Made by a program: the position numbers and the translations under genes | Part shown: positions 17,444-26,475 of the stretch, piece after piece | Numbering within the stretch: position 1 is the stretch's first letter | How the letters are laid out: each line of letters opens with the position of its first letter | The notes under the pieces: model-generated | Databases searched by the model: none | Told to the model about the DNA's origin: nothing | The model's input: the letters and a program-made list of their open reading frames with translations, nothing else | Assembly (NCBI GenBank): GCA_041659065.1 | Contig: JBAZYY010000007.1 | Coordinates: 863 to 64,862 of the forward strand | Direction of reading: 5' to 3' | Source: Parcubacteria group bacterium | Lineage (GTDB): Bacteria > Patescibacteriota > Minisyncoccia > Moranbacterales > UBA11712 | DNA length: 64,000 nucleotides

Positions 17444-18804
17444 TGCTGAAAAATCTAATCTACATACTTCAGAGCGAAAACTATGATTTCAAGAGATTTT
17501 TGAATTTCGCTTATTCCCATTTCGCTTGGTGGAAACTGGAGAACCGCCAAAAAATTGTGTGGACGGCTAAGGCGCGCGCGGTTTGGATTGCGAGCGCTTT
17601 AATATTTTGGATTCTTATCGGAGTGTCTTTTTATTTTTTTGGCGCAGTTGGATTAATAATTTTTCCTATTCTTATTATAATATTACCTTTTTTGGTTGGG
17701 TTTAGTTTTGCGCTGTTGTGGCCGATCGACACATTGGTAAAATATGGAAGGACTAACGCGGCGAAAAAAATTATCTTAAATAGTAAAGTTTGCGTAGTCG
17801 GTATTACCGGAAGTTACGGCAAGACCAGCACTAAAGAGATTCTAACAGTAATGCTTGAAAATAAATTCAAAGTTATTAAAACTCCCGAAAATGTTAATAC
17901 TGACATTGGGATTGCCGATTTTGTCGTGAAAAATAAAAATAATTTTCAAGAAGAGGCAATTTTCGTCGCGGAAATGGGAGCTTACCGCAAAGGAGAAATT
18001 GCAAAAATTTGCAGAATGGTAGAGCCAACATATTCGATTCTGACGGGCATAAATGAAGCGCATCTGGAGCGATTTGGCAGTTTCGAAAATATTATTGCAG
18101 GAAAGTTTGAGCTTCCTCAAAACACTAGAATAATGGCGTTCCTAAATTTCGACGATACAAATATTAAAGAAAATTATTCCAAATTTTCCCTGGAGAATAT
18201 TAAAGGTATTTCGCAAGAGGATGCTCAAAATATCAAGGCAAAAGAGAATTTCGGCGGGCTGGAATTTAAATGGAAAGGGATGGCATTTGAAACAAACCTG
18301 TTGGCGCAGCATAATATTGCTTTGATTTTACTTAGCGGGGAGATAGCCCTGGAGCTTGGAATTTCACTCGAAGAGATTCGCGAAGTGGTAAGAAATATAG
18401 AGCCGGTTGCGCACAGGCTGCAGCCTATTTATAATGCAAGCACTGACATAATGATTATAGATGACAGCTATAACGGAAATCCTAACGGCATTGCTAGCGG
18501 GCTAAAGGTGCTTGGTCGGGCATCCGGCAGGAAAGTGGTGCTCACGCCGGGTCTGGTCGAATTGGGTGTTAGGGCAAAAGATGTGCATCAAGCGATAGGA
18601 AAGTTATATGTAGAGAATGCAGACCTCGTGTTACTGATAAAGAATAAAATGACGAAATACATCGTAGAGGCGTTGAAAGAAAGCGGTTTTACGAGCTATA
18701 AGACATATGACTCTACTCAAGAAGCGCATGCTGACCTGAAAAATATTTTAAAGCGGGGCGATACAATTATTTTTCAAAATGACCTTACGGATAATTACTT
18801 TTAA
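17443..18804 (+). CDS. Mur ligase family protein (MurF-like D-Ala-D-Ala-adding enzyme) with an unusual N-terminal membrane segment
   Basis: P-loop VVGITGSYGKTSTKEIL. ~100 aa N-terminal hydrophobic region. Located immediately upstream of ddl. Confidence 0.6.
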   Translation: MLKNLIYILQSENYDFKRFLNFAYSHFAWWKLENRQKIVWTAKARAVWIASALIFWILIGVSFYFFGAVGLIIFPILIIILPFLVGFSFALLWPIDTLVKYGRTNAAKKIILNSKVCVVGITGSYGKTSTKEILTVMLENKFKVIKTPENVNTDIGIADFVVKNKNNFQEEAIFVAEMGAYRKGEIAKICRMVEPTYSILTGINEAHLERFGSFENIIAGKFELPQNTRIMAFLNFDDTNIKENYSKFSLENIKGISQEDAQNIKAKENFGGLEFKWKGMAFETNLLAQHNIALILLSGEIALELGISLEEIREVVRNIEPVAHRLQPIYNASTDIMIIDDSYNGNPNGIASGLKVLGRASGRKVVLTPGLVELGVRAKDVHQAIGKLYVENADLVLLIKNKMTKYIVEALKESGFTSYKTYDSTQEAHADLKNILKRGDTIIFQNDLTDNYF

Positions 18805-18821
18805 TAGGCGCACTAAATCTT

Positions 18822-20009
18822 ATGAGTATGAATAAAAAAGAAATGACAATTGGAGTTTTTTTCGGAAGCAGAAATCCCGAGCACGAAGTCTCGATTATTA
18901 CCGGGCAACTAATTATCGCTGAACTAAAAAAGCTAGGCTATAATGTCGTTCCGGTATATATAGATAAAAAAGGGAGATTATTATCCGGTGAGGCCTTGGG
19001 GTCGCTCAAATATTTCACCGGTCAGGATTTGGAAAATAAATTGGAGAAATTAAAACCTCTGCTTGTTGAGGTCTCCGCTCAAAAAAATAAACTTGCCGTA
19101 AGGCCGAAGGGGGTCTTGTCTCAAGAAACAACAATTGACCTCGCCTTTCCCGCTTTTCATGGGATGAATGGCGAGGACGGAACAATCCAGGGGTTGTTTG
19201 AATTATGCAATGTTCCGTACGTTGGCTGCGAGGTGACAAGTTCTGCTATGACTATGGACAAAATCATTACGAAACAGATTTATAAAAGTGAAGAAATTTC
19301 TACGACCCCTTTTATATATTTCACGAGTCATGACTGGAAGGAAGACAAAAATAAAATAATTGAAAACGCCAAAAAAATGCAGTGGCCGGTTTTTGTTAAA
19401 CCGGCTCGGCTGGGATCCTCGATTGGAATCGCGAAAGCGCGCGATATGGAGGAACTGGAAAATGCCTGTGAAGTTGCGTTGCATTATGACGATCGAATAA
19501 TTATTGAAGAGAGTGTTGAAGATCTGGCGGACATTACTTGCGCTGTTTTGGGAAATGACAATCCGTTGCCCTCTTTGGTTCAGGAGTCTGTTTTTCAAGG
19601 GGAGCATTTTAGCTACGAAGCAAAATATCTTGAGGACGGCGGAGCGCAACTGGGAAATGCCGAGAAAAATATAATTATACCGGCTCGCCTCAATGAAGAA
19701 ACAACAAAAGTTGTGCGGGATTTGGCGGTGAAAATATTCAAACTTTTTAATTGCAGTGGGACAGCCAGAGTTGATTTTCTTTACGACCGGAAAAAAGAAA
19801 AAGTGTATGCCAATGAAATAAACACAATGCCGGGCACGCTCTATCATCATCTTTGGAAAGCCAGCGGAATAGAAATCGGAGCTTTACTCGAAAAATTGAT
19901 TGATCTGGCGCTCGAAAGGCACAAGGAAAAAAATGAAATATCTTTCGCGTTCAACTCGGATATTCTTAGCCACGCCAATTCGATAAAACTACAGATTGGG
20001 AAAGAGTAG
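18822..20009 (+). CDS. ddl: D-alanine--D-alanine ligase
   Basis: MTIGVFFGSRNPEHEVSIITG at the N-terminus. ATP-grasp body (EESVED...AEKN...ARVDFLYD...YANEINTMPG). Confidence 0.85.
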   Translation: MSMNKKEMTIGVFFGSRNPEHEVSIITGQLIIAELKKLGYNVVPVYIDKKGRLLSGEALGSLKYFTGQDLENKLEKLKPLLVEVSAQKNKLAVRPKGVLSQETTIDLAFPAFHGMNGEDGTIQGLFELCNVPYVGCEVTSSAMTMDKIITKQIYKSEEISTTPFIYFTSHDWKEDKNKIIENAKKMQWPVFVKPARLGSSIGIAKARDMEELENACEVALHYDDRIIIEESVEDLADITCAVLGNDNPLPSLVQESVFQGEHFSYEAKYLEDGGAQLGNAEKNIIIPARLNEETTKVVRDLAVKIFKLFNCSGTARVDFLYDRKKEKVYANEINTMPGTLYHHLWKASGIEIGALLEKLIDLALERHKEKNEISFAFNSDILSHANSIKLQIGKE

Positions 20010-20020
20010 GCCGGCGGTTT

Positions 20021-20054
20021 CCCTCTCCTTTACAAGGAGAGGGTTAGGGTGAGG
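20021..20054. repeat. palindromic repeat element, 'L-type': 10-bp hairpin ccctctcctt-taca-aaggagaggg followed by ttagggtgagg
   Basis: Lies 13 nt upstream of the DUF559 ATG. Imperfect inverted copy of 20438..20473. Family members also at 63767 and 63836. Confidence 0.5.
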
Positions 20055-20067
20055 TTAAGATAGTCGT

Positions 20068-20460
20068 ATGACAAAAATATACAACCAATCAAATCAAAAA
20101 CAAAAGCGTAGAATTTTGAGAAAGACAATGACGCCAGCGGAAGGAATCATTTGGTCGAGAATCAGAGATCGAAGAATGGGATATAAATTTTGTAGGCAAT
20201 ATTCAATCGGCAAATATGTTGCCGATTTTTATTGTTCAGAGCTGAGATTGGTAATCGAAATTGACGGCGGACAACATTTTGAAAAGGATGCGCTGGAATA
20301 TGACGAAGCAAGAACGAAATACTTCCATGATCTTGGCATAGCTGTTGTGAGATATACGAATGTGGATGTAAAAATAAATTTGATTTCGGTTTTGAATGAT
20401 TTGTTGACGCGATGCAAGGAGTTAAGAAGCAAAACGACCTCACCCCCGCTCTCTCCTTAG
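20068..20460 (+). CDS. DUF559 (Vsr-like endonuclease fold) domain protein
   Basis: MTPAEGIIWSRIRDRRMGYKFCRQYSIGKYVADFYCSELRLVIEIDGGQHF...DEARTKYFHDLGIAVVRYTNVDV is typical DUF559. Confidence 0.75.
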   Translation: MTKIYNQSNQKQKRRILRKTMTPAEGIIWSRIRDRRMGYKFCRQYSIGKYVADFYCSELRLVIEIDGGQHFEKDALEYDEARTKYFHDLGIAVVRYTNVDVKINLISVLNDLLTRCKELRSKTTSPPLSP

Positions 20461-20473
20461 TAAGAAGAGGGAG
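20438..20473. repeat. palindromic repeat element, 'R-type': cctcaccccc followed by hairpin gctctctcctt-agta-agaagagggag. Overlaps the last codons of the DUF559 ORF.
   Basis: Its reverse complement aligns with 20021..20054 at roughly 28 of 34 positions. Same family as 63767..63803. Confidence 0.5.
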
Positions 20474-20484
20474 TTTTAAAAAAT

Positions 20485-20522
20485 AAAACCCCAATTGCTG
20501 TGAGAGCAGGCTGGGGTTTTTA
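20485..20522. terminator. bidirectional terminator-like hairpin with flanking A/T runs
   Basis: aaaacccca...tggggttttt, between the convergent DUF559 gene and the small minus-strand ORF. Confidence 0.4.
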
Positions 20523-20538
20523 AATTCGGCAGAGATGA

Positions 20539-20739
20539 TTACCCGGCCCAAACAGTAGTTTGGATAATTTTATCCGAAGGGATTACCTTTTCCTCCTTCG
20601 CCTTTCTGGATTGAAGATAAAAGCTTCCGTCTTTAACATCTTCAATGACATAGTCTCCTTCCCGGTGAAGATAGGTGTCAATAACTATCCCGTCCGGAGT
20701 TTCAGTAATGCAGGCGCCTTTTCCAATGAATGCTTTCAT
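20539..20739 (-). CDS. small hypothetical protein of 66 aa, immediately downstream of the radical SAM gene. The ORF track extends it to 20853.
   Basis: MKAFIGKGACITETPDGIVIDTYLHREGDYVIEDVKDGSFYLQSRKAKEEKVIPSDKIIQTTVWAG. Strong GAGGG RBS before this ATG. The longer track ORF would overlap the radical SAM stop. Confidence 0.4.
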   Translation of the reverse strand: MKAFIGKGACITETPDGIVIDTYLHREGDYVIEDVKDGSFYLQSRKAKEEKVIPSDKIIQTTVWAG

Positions 20740-20779
20740 TTTCTTACCCTCACGAAGTTGAAAATTAATTTCGGGTTGT

Positions 20780-21850
20780 TTAAAGAATATTTTTAAAGAG
20801 CCCTTTTTCTTTTTGAAAAACTTTTTTTCCGAGAGTTTTGTGATATTTATCAACGAGCAATTCGTACGACTTATCGGGATCCGTCAAAACCAAATCATTA
20901 TCTATTTCCCACTTCTCCGGCCTTTCAGCTAGATGATGATCCAAGCCAAAAGGAGAAACGTGCCTTCCGTTTGAATCGATAGCTATTTCTTCAGCCGTGA
21001 CAATGCTGGCCGGGTAATATAAAATTTTCAGTTTATTTATTTGCCATTCAATGTGAATGTACTTTTTCTTTGGCTTTCCATGTGGCTTTAGTAAATCAAT
21101 AATTGAAGCAATATCTTCGAAGCGGTATAGGGATAGCTGTAACTCAAAATCCTTGGAATAGCTGATAGCGTCTTTAGCAACTTTTCTCATTTGATGTTTT
21201 GTAAGATGCATTCGCTGGGTGTGATGCTTGACTGGAGAAGTTGTCGTTATTTGGAATAGTTTTATTGAATTGTTTGCTTTCCGAAGCTTATAAAGTGACT
21301 TTACAATATTATGATAATTCAAAGAGGAGGCTGTCCCGGTGACGGAAATGTGATCTGATACCTCCGATAAGCTCTTGATTCCTTCCATGGCTAAATTCCA
21401 TGCGCCTGCGCCTCTTTGGCGTTCGTGCGCTTCTTTGTTTCCGTCAAGTGAAATATCCACCCCGCCGCTAAATAGCAATCCGATTTTCTTGATTTCCGGC
21501 AGCAGCCTTTTGCCGGATCCGTTATCAATCAAGCTTATCCTCATGCCTTTGTTGTAATATTTTTTCAGAATAGGCAAATGCTCTTTTTCTAGAATTCTTC
21601 CAACATGCACCAGATCGCGAATGCCGGCCTCAAAAGCAGTGCCGATGATTTGGTCTATCTTAGCTAGATTCTGCAATTTCAGGTCTTGGTAGCTAGCTTT
21701 TGGGTAAATGCAGTGATGACATTGCAAAATACATTTTCGAGTGAACGTGACGCTCAAGAGCGGCGGATAGCTTTTAGCCAAGCGGCGAAAGAGTTCCGGT
21801 TCGCTGATTTTTCCAAAAATCGCTTTTTCCCAATCATGAATTATGTCCAT
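20780..21850 (-). CDS. radical SAM domain protein, function unknown, no SPASM-type C-terminal Cys cluster
   Basis: CX3CX2C motif (CILQCHHCIY) near the N-terminus. 356 aa. Confidence 0.65.
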   Translation of the reverse strand: MDIIHDWEKAIFGKISEPELFRRLAKSYPPLLSVTFTRKCILQCHHCIYPKASYQDLKLQNLAKIDQIIGTAFEAGIRDLVHVGRILEKEHLPILKKYYNKGMRISLIDNGSGKRLLPEIKKIGLLFSGGVDISLDGNKEAHERQRGAGAWNLAMEGIKSLSEVSDHISVTGTASSLNYHNIVKSLYKLRKANNSIKLFQITTTSPVKHHTQRMHLTKHQMRKVAKDAISYSKDFELQLSLYRFEDIASIIDLLKPHGKPKKKYIHIEWQINKLKILYYPASIVTAEEIAIDSNGRHVSPFGLDHHLAERPEKWEIDNDLVLTDPDKSYELLVDKYHKTLGKKVFQKEKGLFKNIL

Positions 21851-22257
21851 ATTTTTGTGATTATTTACTCATCTTACGGAACATCCGCTCAAAGAGCGGA
21901 TGTTCGGAGAGGAAAATAAATTGTCATTTCTAGCGGGTTTGTTTTCCTCCTTTAGTTCCGACGTTTGCTCCGGCCATATTCTGCAGATCCTTTCTAGTCC
22001 TCTTTTTATTATTTCCTCGTTTCTTGTCCTCCTTTTGTCCCTGTGTTTGCCGCGGCCATATTTATCACCCCCTTCTAGTTAATAGTTAACCTTTTATCAA
22101 TTCTGATTTGATATAATAATGCAAATTAGAATAATGGTCAAAAAAAGGCTATATAATTAATAACAATAAATATCTTATACAAAGCTTAAAATAAGATAAT
22201 ATTCACAAATCAACAAAAATATTGACTACCATGAATTAATCTACTAAACTATATCTA

Positions 22258-23067
22258 ATGAATCTAACTGAATCGCTAAAAAATATCGGATTAAACGAAA
22301 AAGAAGCCAAAGTCTATTTGGCGCTTTTGCAACTAGGGAAAACGACAGCTTATGCCGTTTCAGTGCGAAGCGGACTAAAAAAGCCGACTACCTATGTAAT
22401 TCTGGAGCAGTTAGTCAAAAAAGGCTTTGCCTTCCAGATCCCAAGGTCGCGAAAACATTTGTTTTTTGCCGAATCGCCTGACAAGTGTTTTGCATTAGCT
22501 AGGGAAAGATTGGTATTGGCGCAAGAATCTTTGCCGGAGCTAATGGCAGCCAGAAAAGGTGAAAATGAAAAAGTAAACGTTTCATATTTCGAGGGTTTGG
22601 GAGGTATAAGGGAAATTTACCAAAAGTTGATTGATTATAATAAAAACAGACCCGAAGAGGAGCGAAGGCTTATCGGTTTTTATGCGCACACCAGAGACAC
22701 ATCCGAAGAGCTCAAAGAATATTGGGTTGAATTATCCGACGAACTGAAACAAAATAATATTGCGAGAAGAGGCTTAACGCCTGAAGACGAATCTCTCGGC
22801 TGGTATTTTGAAAATGCAAAAAAAATCAACTTTGACTTGTTGGGTCTGCCGGTTGAAAAATACAATAGCAACGTTTCATTTGAAATTTATGATAAATATG
22901 TTCAGATTATTTCCCACCGTTATTTGCAGGGGACATTAATTGAAAATCGGGACGTGGCTGACGCCTTGCGGCAGATATTTGAAATTATGTGGGAAGCTAC
23001 ATTAAATCAAAAATCTCCGTCAAAGGCGAATCAGCCTCTGGCTGAAAATATCAAAACCACAACTTAA
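22258..23067 (+). CDS. TrmB-family transcriptional regulator, paralog 2 of 4
   Basis: N-terminal HTH NIGLNEKEAKVYLALLQLGKTTAYAVSVRSGLKKPTTYVILEQLVKKG. Divergent from the radical SAM gene across a 400-nt AT-rich spacer. Confidence 0.7.
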   Translation: MNLTESLKNIGLNEKEAKVYLALLQLGKTTAYAVSVRSGLKKPTTYVILEQLVKKGFAFQIPRSRKHLFFAESPDKCFALARERLVLAQESLPELMAARKGENEKVNVSYFEGLGGIREIYQKLIDYNKNRPEEERRLIGFYAHTRDTSEELKEYWVELSDELKQNNIARRGLTPEDESLGWYFENAKKINFDLLGLPVEKYNSNVSFEIYDKYVQIISHRYLQGTLIENRDVADALRQIFEIMWEATLNQKSPSKANQPLAENIKTTT

Positions 23068-23127
23068 AACTAAAAGCTGACTACTAATAAAACTTGAATA
23101 ATATAGTTAGAGTGATACCATTGAAAT

Positions 23128-24699
23128 ATGACAGAAAAAATCCCTAAGCCAATCATTGAAATTATCCAAAAACTTGAAGCCGCCGACTTTGAGGCTTTTG
23201 TGGTGGGCGGATGTGTGAGAGACCTTTTGCTGGATGTCGAGCCCAAGGATTGGGATGTGACGACGAATGCCAAGCCAGAGGAAGTGATGGAATTATTTTC
23301 TTCCTACGTCCCTAAGGGAGCTTCGGAGGACAGACCCGGAAGTTTTTATGAAAATAAATTTGGGACCGTTGGAGTTAAGTCGGATATTGGTGTAGTCGAA
23401 ATTACAACGTATCGTATTGAATCTAAATATTCCGACAAGCGGCGGCCTGACAAGGTGGAGTTTGCGAAAACCCTGGAAGAAGATTTGAGCCGGAGAGATT
23501 TTACTATTAACGCGCTGGCATTGCGAATCGCCGATTCGAGGTTTCACCTCGAGCGCGCTCGAGGTGAAACCTCGAATAAGGCAAGCTATGAAATCATCGA
23601 TCTTTTTGGCGGGCAAAAAGATTTGAAGGAAAGAATTATTCGCGCGGTGGGGGATGCAAATGAACGTTTCGACGAGGATGCCCTGCGCATGATGCGGGCG
23701 GTACGGTTTTCGGTAACATTGGGAAGCGATACCGGAGTAAAGCGAACCAGCGGACCGAGAAAATTAAGCAAAAAAATGCCTTTCGAAATTAAGGAAAAAA
23801 CCAAGAAGGCAATTGTGAAAAACGCAAAAAACTTGAAGTTCATTGCGCTTGAAAGAATCCAAGACGAGCTGAACAAAATAATGATCTCAGACTTTGCTGC
23901 TGAAGGGATTGAATTGCTTCGCGAGCTCAAGTTGCTTCAATACATTATTCCGGAACTTGAAAAAGGATATGGTATGGGACAGAACCGCCATCATATATAT
24001 ACCATCTATGAACATTCGATCTTGGCGCTCAAAAATTGTCCCTCGCTGAAACTTGAAGTGCGGCTGGCGGCGCTGTTTCACGATATAGCCAAACCAGAGA
24101 CTAAAAGAGGCGAAGGCGCCTTTTCCACTTTCTATAATCATGACCACGTCGGTGCGCGAGTGGTTGAAAAAATTTTGAAACGACTGAAATATTCGAGTGA
24201 GATAGTAAAAAAGGTCAGACTATTGGTGGACAATCATATGTTCTATTATAACGTCGAAGAAGTCGGAGCTTCGAGCGTGCGCCGGCTGGTGAAAAAAGTG
24301 GGGCTTGAGAACATTGATGATTTGATCGACGTGCGGATTGGGGATCGACTGGGATCTGGAGTCCCGAAAGCCGTGCCATATAAATTGAGACATTTCAAAT
24401 ATGTCGTGGATAAGGTGTCGAGCGATCCACTGTCGGTAAAAATGCTTAAATTAAACGGCAATGATTTAATGAAGGAATTGAATATCAAACCCGGACCGAA
24501 AATCGGAGCAATTTTGGATGTGCTTCTGTCCGAAGTAATTGAAGATCCAAAAAAGAATATAAAAAAATCCTTACTCCCGAGAGCTAAGGAATTGAGCAAA
24601 GAAGATCTAGCCGGGTTGCGCGCGATGGCAAAGGAAAAGATTGAAGAAAAAAAGGAAGAAGATGATAGGGAGATAAAAGCTAAGTATTATGTAAAATAA
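23128..24699 (+). CDS. cca: CCA-adding tRNA nucleotidyltransferase with HD domain. Carries an in-frame palindrome-encoded insertion.
   Basis: GGCVRDLLL...DWDVTT...RRDFTINALA are Pol-beta NTase head motifs. HD domain HHIYTIYEHS...LFHDIAKP. 523 aa. Confidence 0.85.
   Translation: MTEKIPKPIIEIIQKLEAADFEAFVVGGCVRDLLLDVEPKDWDVTTNAKPEEVMELFSSYVPKGASEDRPGSFYENKFGTVGVKSDIGVVEITTYRIESKYSDKRRPDKVEFAKTLEEDLSRRDFTINALALRIADSRFHLERARGETSNKASYEIIDLFGGQKDLKERIIRAVGDANERFDEDALRMMRAVRFSVTLGSDTGVKRTSGPRKLSKKMPFEIKEKTKKAIVKNAKNLKFIALERIQDELNKIMISDFAAEGIELLRELKLLQYIIPELEKGYGMGQNRHHIYTIYEHSILALKNCPSLKLEVRLAALFHDIAKPETKRGEGAFSTFYNHDHVGARVVEKILKRLKYSSEIVKKVRLLVDNHMFYYNVEEVGASSVRRLVKKVGLENIDDLIDVRIGDRLGSGVPKAVPYKLRHFKYVVDKVSSDPLSVKMLKLNGNDLMKELNIKPGPKIGAILDVLLSEVIEDPKKNIKKSLLPRAKELSKEDLAGLRAMAKEKIEEKKEEDDREIKAKYYVK
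23534..23577. repeat. perfect 44-nt palindrome embedded in frame within the cca coding sequence
   Basis: attcgaggtttcacctcgagcg|cgctcgaggtgaaacctcgaat. Encodes ...DSRFHLERARGETSN..., inserted between the conserved RRDFTINALA and IDLFGG motifs. Confidence 0.6.
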
Positions 24700-24842
24700 T
24701 ACCACGTAGCATGGAACATGAAACACGCAACACGATAGTGTTTGAAAGTTTTTCTTAAAAGCTCGGATCCTCCCGCTTCATTGGCGAATTCCTCAAAGCC
24801 AAGCTTTATACTAAATACAAAATACCAGATACGAGATGCTAA

Positions 24843-25298
24843 TTATTCAATCATCATCAGCACTGCTTCAGTCGCTTCGCGGCCTTTATTGTTTTTTACA
24901 GTCGATCTTTCTTGGGCCTGCTTCAGATTATTCGTGGTGATAATTCCAAACCCAATTGGCAGGGAATATTCCAGCATCGTGTCCATAATTCCACGTGAAA
25001 CTTCGGCCGCTATGAAATAGTTATGGTCGGTTTCGCCTTTTACTATGCATCCCAGAGCTACCAGCGCGTCGTATTTTTTGGAAGCGGCCATCCTTTCGCA
25101 AGCCAGGGGAATTTCAAATGATCCAGGAACCCAGGTAGTTTTTATATTCTCGTCTTTTACTCCGTTTTCTTTAAGACAGCTTAATGCTCCTGTGAGCATT
25201 TTTTTTGTAATGTCGTCATTAAAGCGGGAAACAATGATCCCGATTTTGAGCTTCTTCCCGTCAATTATTTTACCGACGGGTTTTCTGTCCCTTCGCAT
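24843..25298 (-). CDS. ribH: 6,7-dimethyl-8-ribityllumazine synthase
   Basis: KIGIIVSRFNDDIT...VPGSFEIPLA...ALGCIVKGETDH. Confidence 0.85.
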   Translation of the reverse strand: MRRDRKPVGKIIDGKKLKIGIIVSRFNDDITKKMLTGALSCLKENGVKDENIKTTWVPGSFEIPLACERMAASKKYDALVALGCIVKGETDHNYFIAAEVSRGIMDTMLEYSLPIGFGIITTNNLKQAQERSTVKNNKGREATEAVLMMIE

Positions 25299-25884
25299 AT
25301 TTGTGCTTTAAAATATTATAAACGTACTTCGCGAAAACGTCGGTTTCGATATTTGCTTCATTCCCCTTCTTGATACTTCCAAGATTTGTATTTTCAAGCG
25401 TATAACTCACGAGGGAAACCGTAAACCAATTTTTTCCGGTATCGATTATGGTTAGGCTTATCCCGTCGATGGAAACTGATCCCTTTGGAGCAATGAGTTT
25501 CATAAATTTAGCGGGGACCTTGAATTTCATAACGACTGACTTTTTCACTTTTTTAATATCGATGACTTTTCCGCGTGTATCGATATGACCCTGAACCAAG
25601 TGCCCATCCAGAAGATCAGACATCCGCATACTCTTTTCTAGGTTTACTCCGCTCCCCCTTGCGTAGCTTTCGACGGTCGTTTTTTTCACGGTCTCGGGCA
25701 TATATTCAACCGTGAAATTATTTTTGGTCATTTTTTTCACGGTCGAACAAACTCCGTTAATGGAAATACTTTCGCCGAGCCAAATTTTCCAGTCCTTGGG
25801 TTTTTCTATTTCAATAAAAAGACTGCCTTTTTCCCGGAAAACATTTTCGATTCTCGAAACTTTTTTGATTATTCCCGTGAACAT
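25270..25884 (-). CDS. ribE: riboflavin synthase alpha subunit
   Basis: MFTGIIKKV...ESISINGVCSTV, and the repeated second half DGISLTIIDT. Confidence 0.8.
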   Translation of the reverse strand: MFTGIIKKVSRIENVFREKGSLFIEIEKPKDWKIWLGESISINGVCSTVKKMTKNNFTVEYMPETVKKTTVESYARGSGVNLEKSMRMSDLLDGHLVQGHIDTRGKVIDIKKVKKSVVMKFKVPAKFMKLIAPKGSVSIDGISLTIIDTGKNWFTVSLVSYTLENTNLGSIKKGNEANIETDVFAKYVYNILKHKYAKGQKTRR

Positions 25885-25940
25885 AAAACAAAATTAAAAA
25901 CTTAAAAGGCAAAGGTAAAACTACAAGTGAAAACTCAAAG

Positions 25941-26345
25941 TTATTTTAAAAGTAAATCATTTAATATCCTAAGATCATTAACAACTTGTTTTTTCAGATC
26001 TTCATCGCTCGCAAATTTCATTACGTCTCGGATTTTTCCCCCCAGCACCACTACTATATTCTTACCATATAAATCTTTGGAAAAATTCAAAATATGGGCT
26101 TCGAGACTTTTACCGTCCAGGCTTACGAAAACCCCAGCCGGATATTTTTGAGAATCAATCTCAACCCATCCCGCGTAAACTCCGCTTTCAGCTTTGATAT
26201 TTTCTGGAATCTTAATATTCGCAGTCGGAAAACCCAGGGTTCTCCCTTTACGTTTGCCTGGTTTAACTTTTCCGGAAATTATTTGGGCCATACTAATAGA
26301 GTAAACAAGATTTTGATTTGGGGCAAATAAGAAAAAGCGTGCCAA
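25941..26345 (-). CDS. riboflavin kinase domain protein, stand-alone. An alternative start at 26291 would give MAQIISG...
   Basis: GRTLGFPTANI is the riboflavin kinase (RibF C-terminal domain) signature. Confidence 0.65.
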   Translation of the reverse strand: MARFFLFAPNQNLVYSISMAQIISGKVKPGKRKGRTLGFPTANIKIPENIKAESGVYAGWVEIDSQKYPAGVFVSLDGKSLEAHILNFSKDLYGKNIVVVLGGKIRDVMKFASDEDLKKQVVNDLRILNDLLLK

Positions 26346-26475
26346 TGGAGTGAATCGCTTTTCTCAGCCTTATCTGAAAATTTATCTCTATCTCTCTTGC
26401 TCAGCTGTTATGCCTCCTGGACTATTCACATACATTGAATAGACTCCGGCAGTCGGATCGCTCTCGAGCATTTGC

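Noticed and set aside
20068-20460. Calling the DUF559 gene a Vsr mismatch-repair endonuclease
   Set aside because: Only the generic DUF559 fold is recognisable. Vsr catalytic residues and a partner Dcm methyltransferase are absent nearby, so the function is left open.
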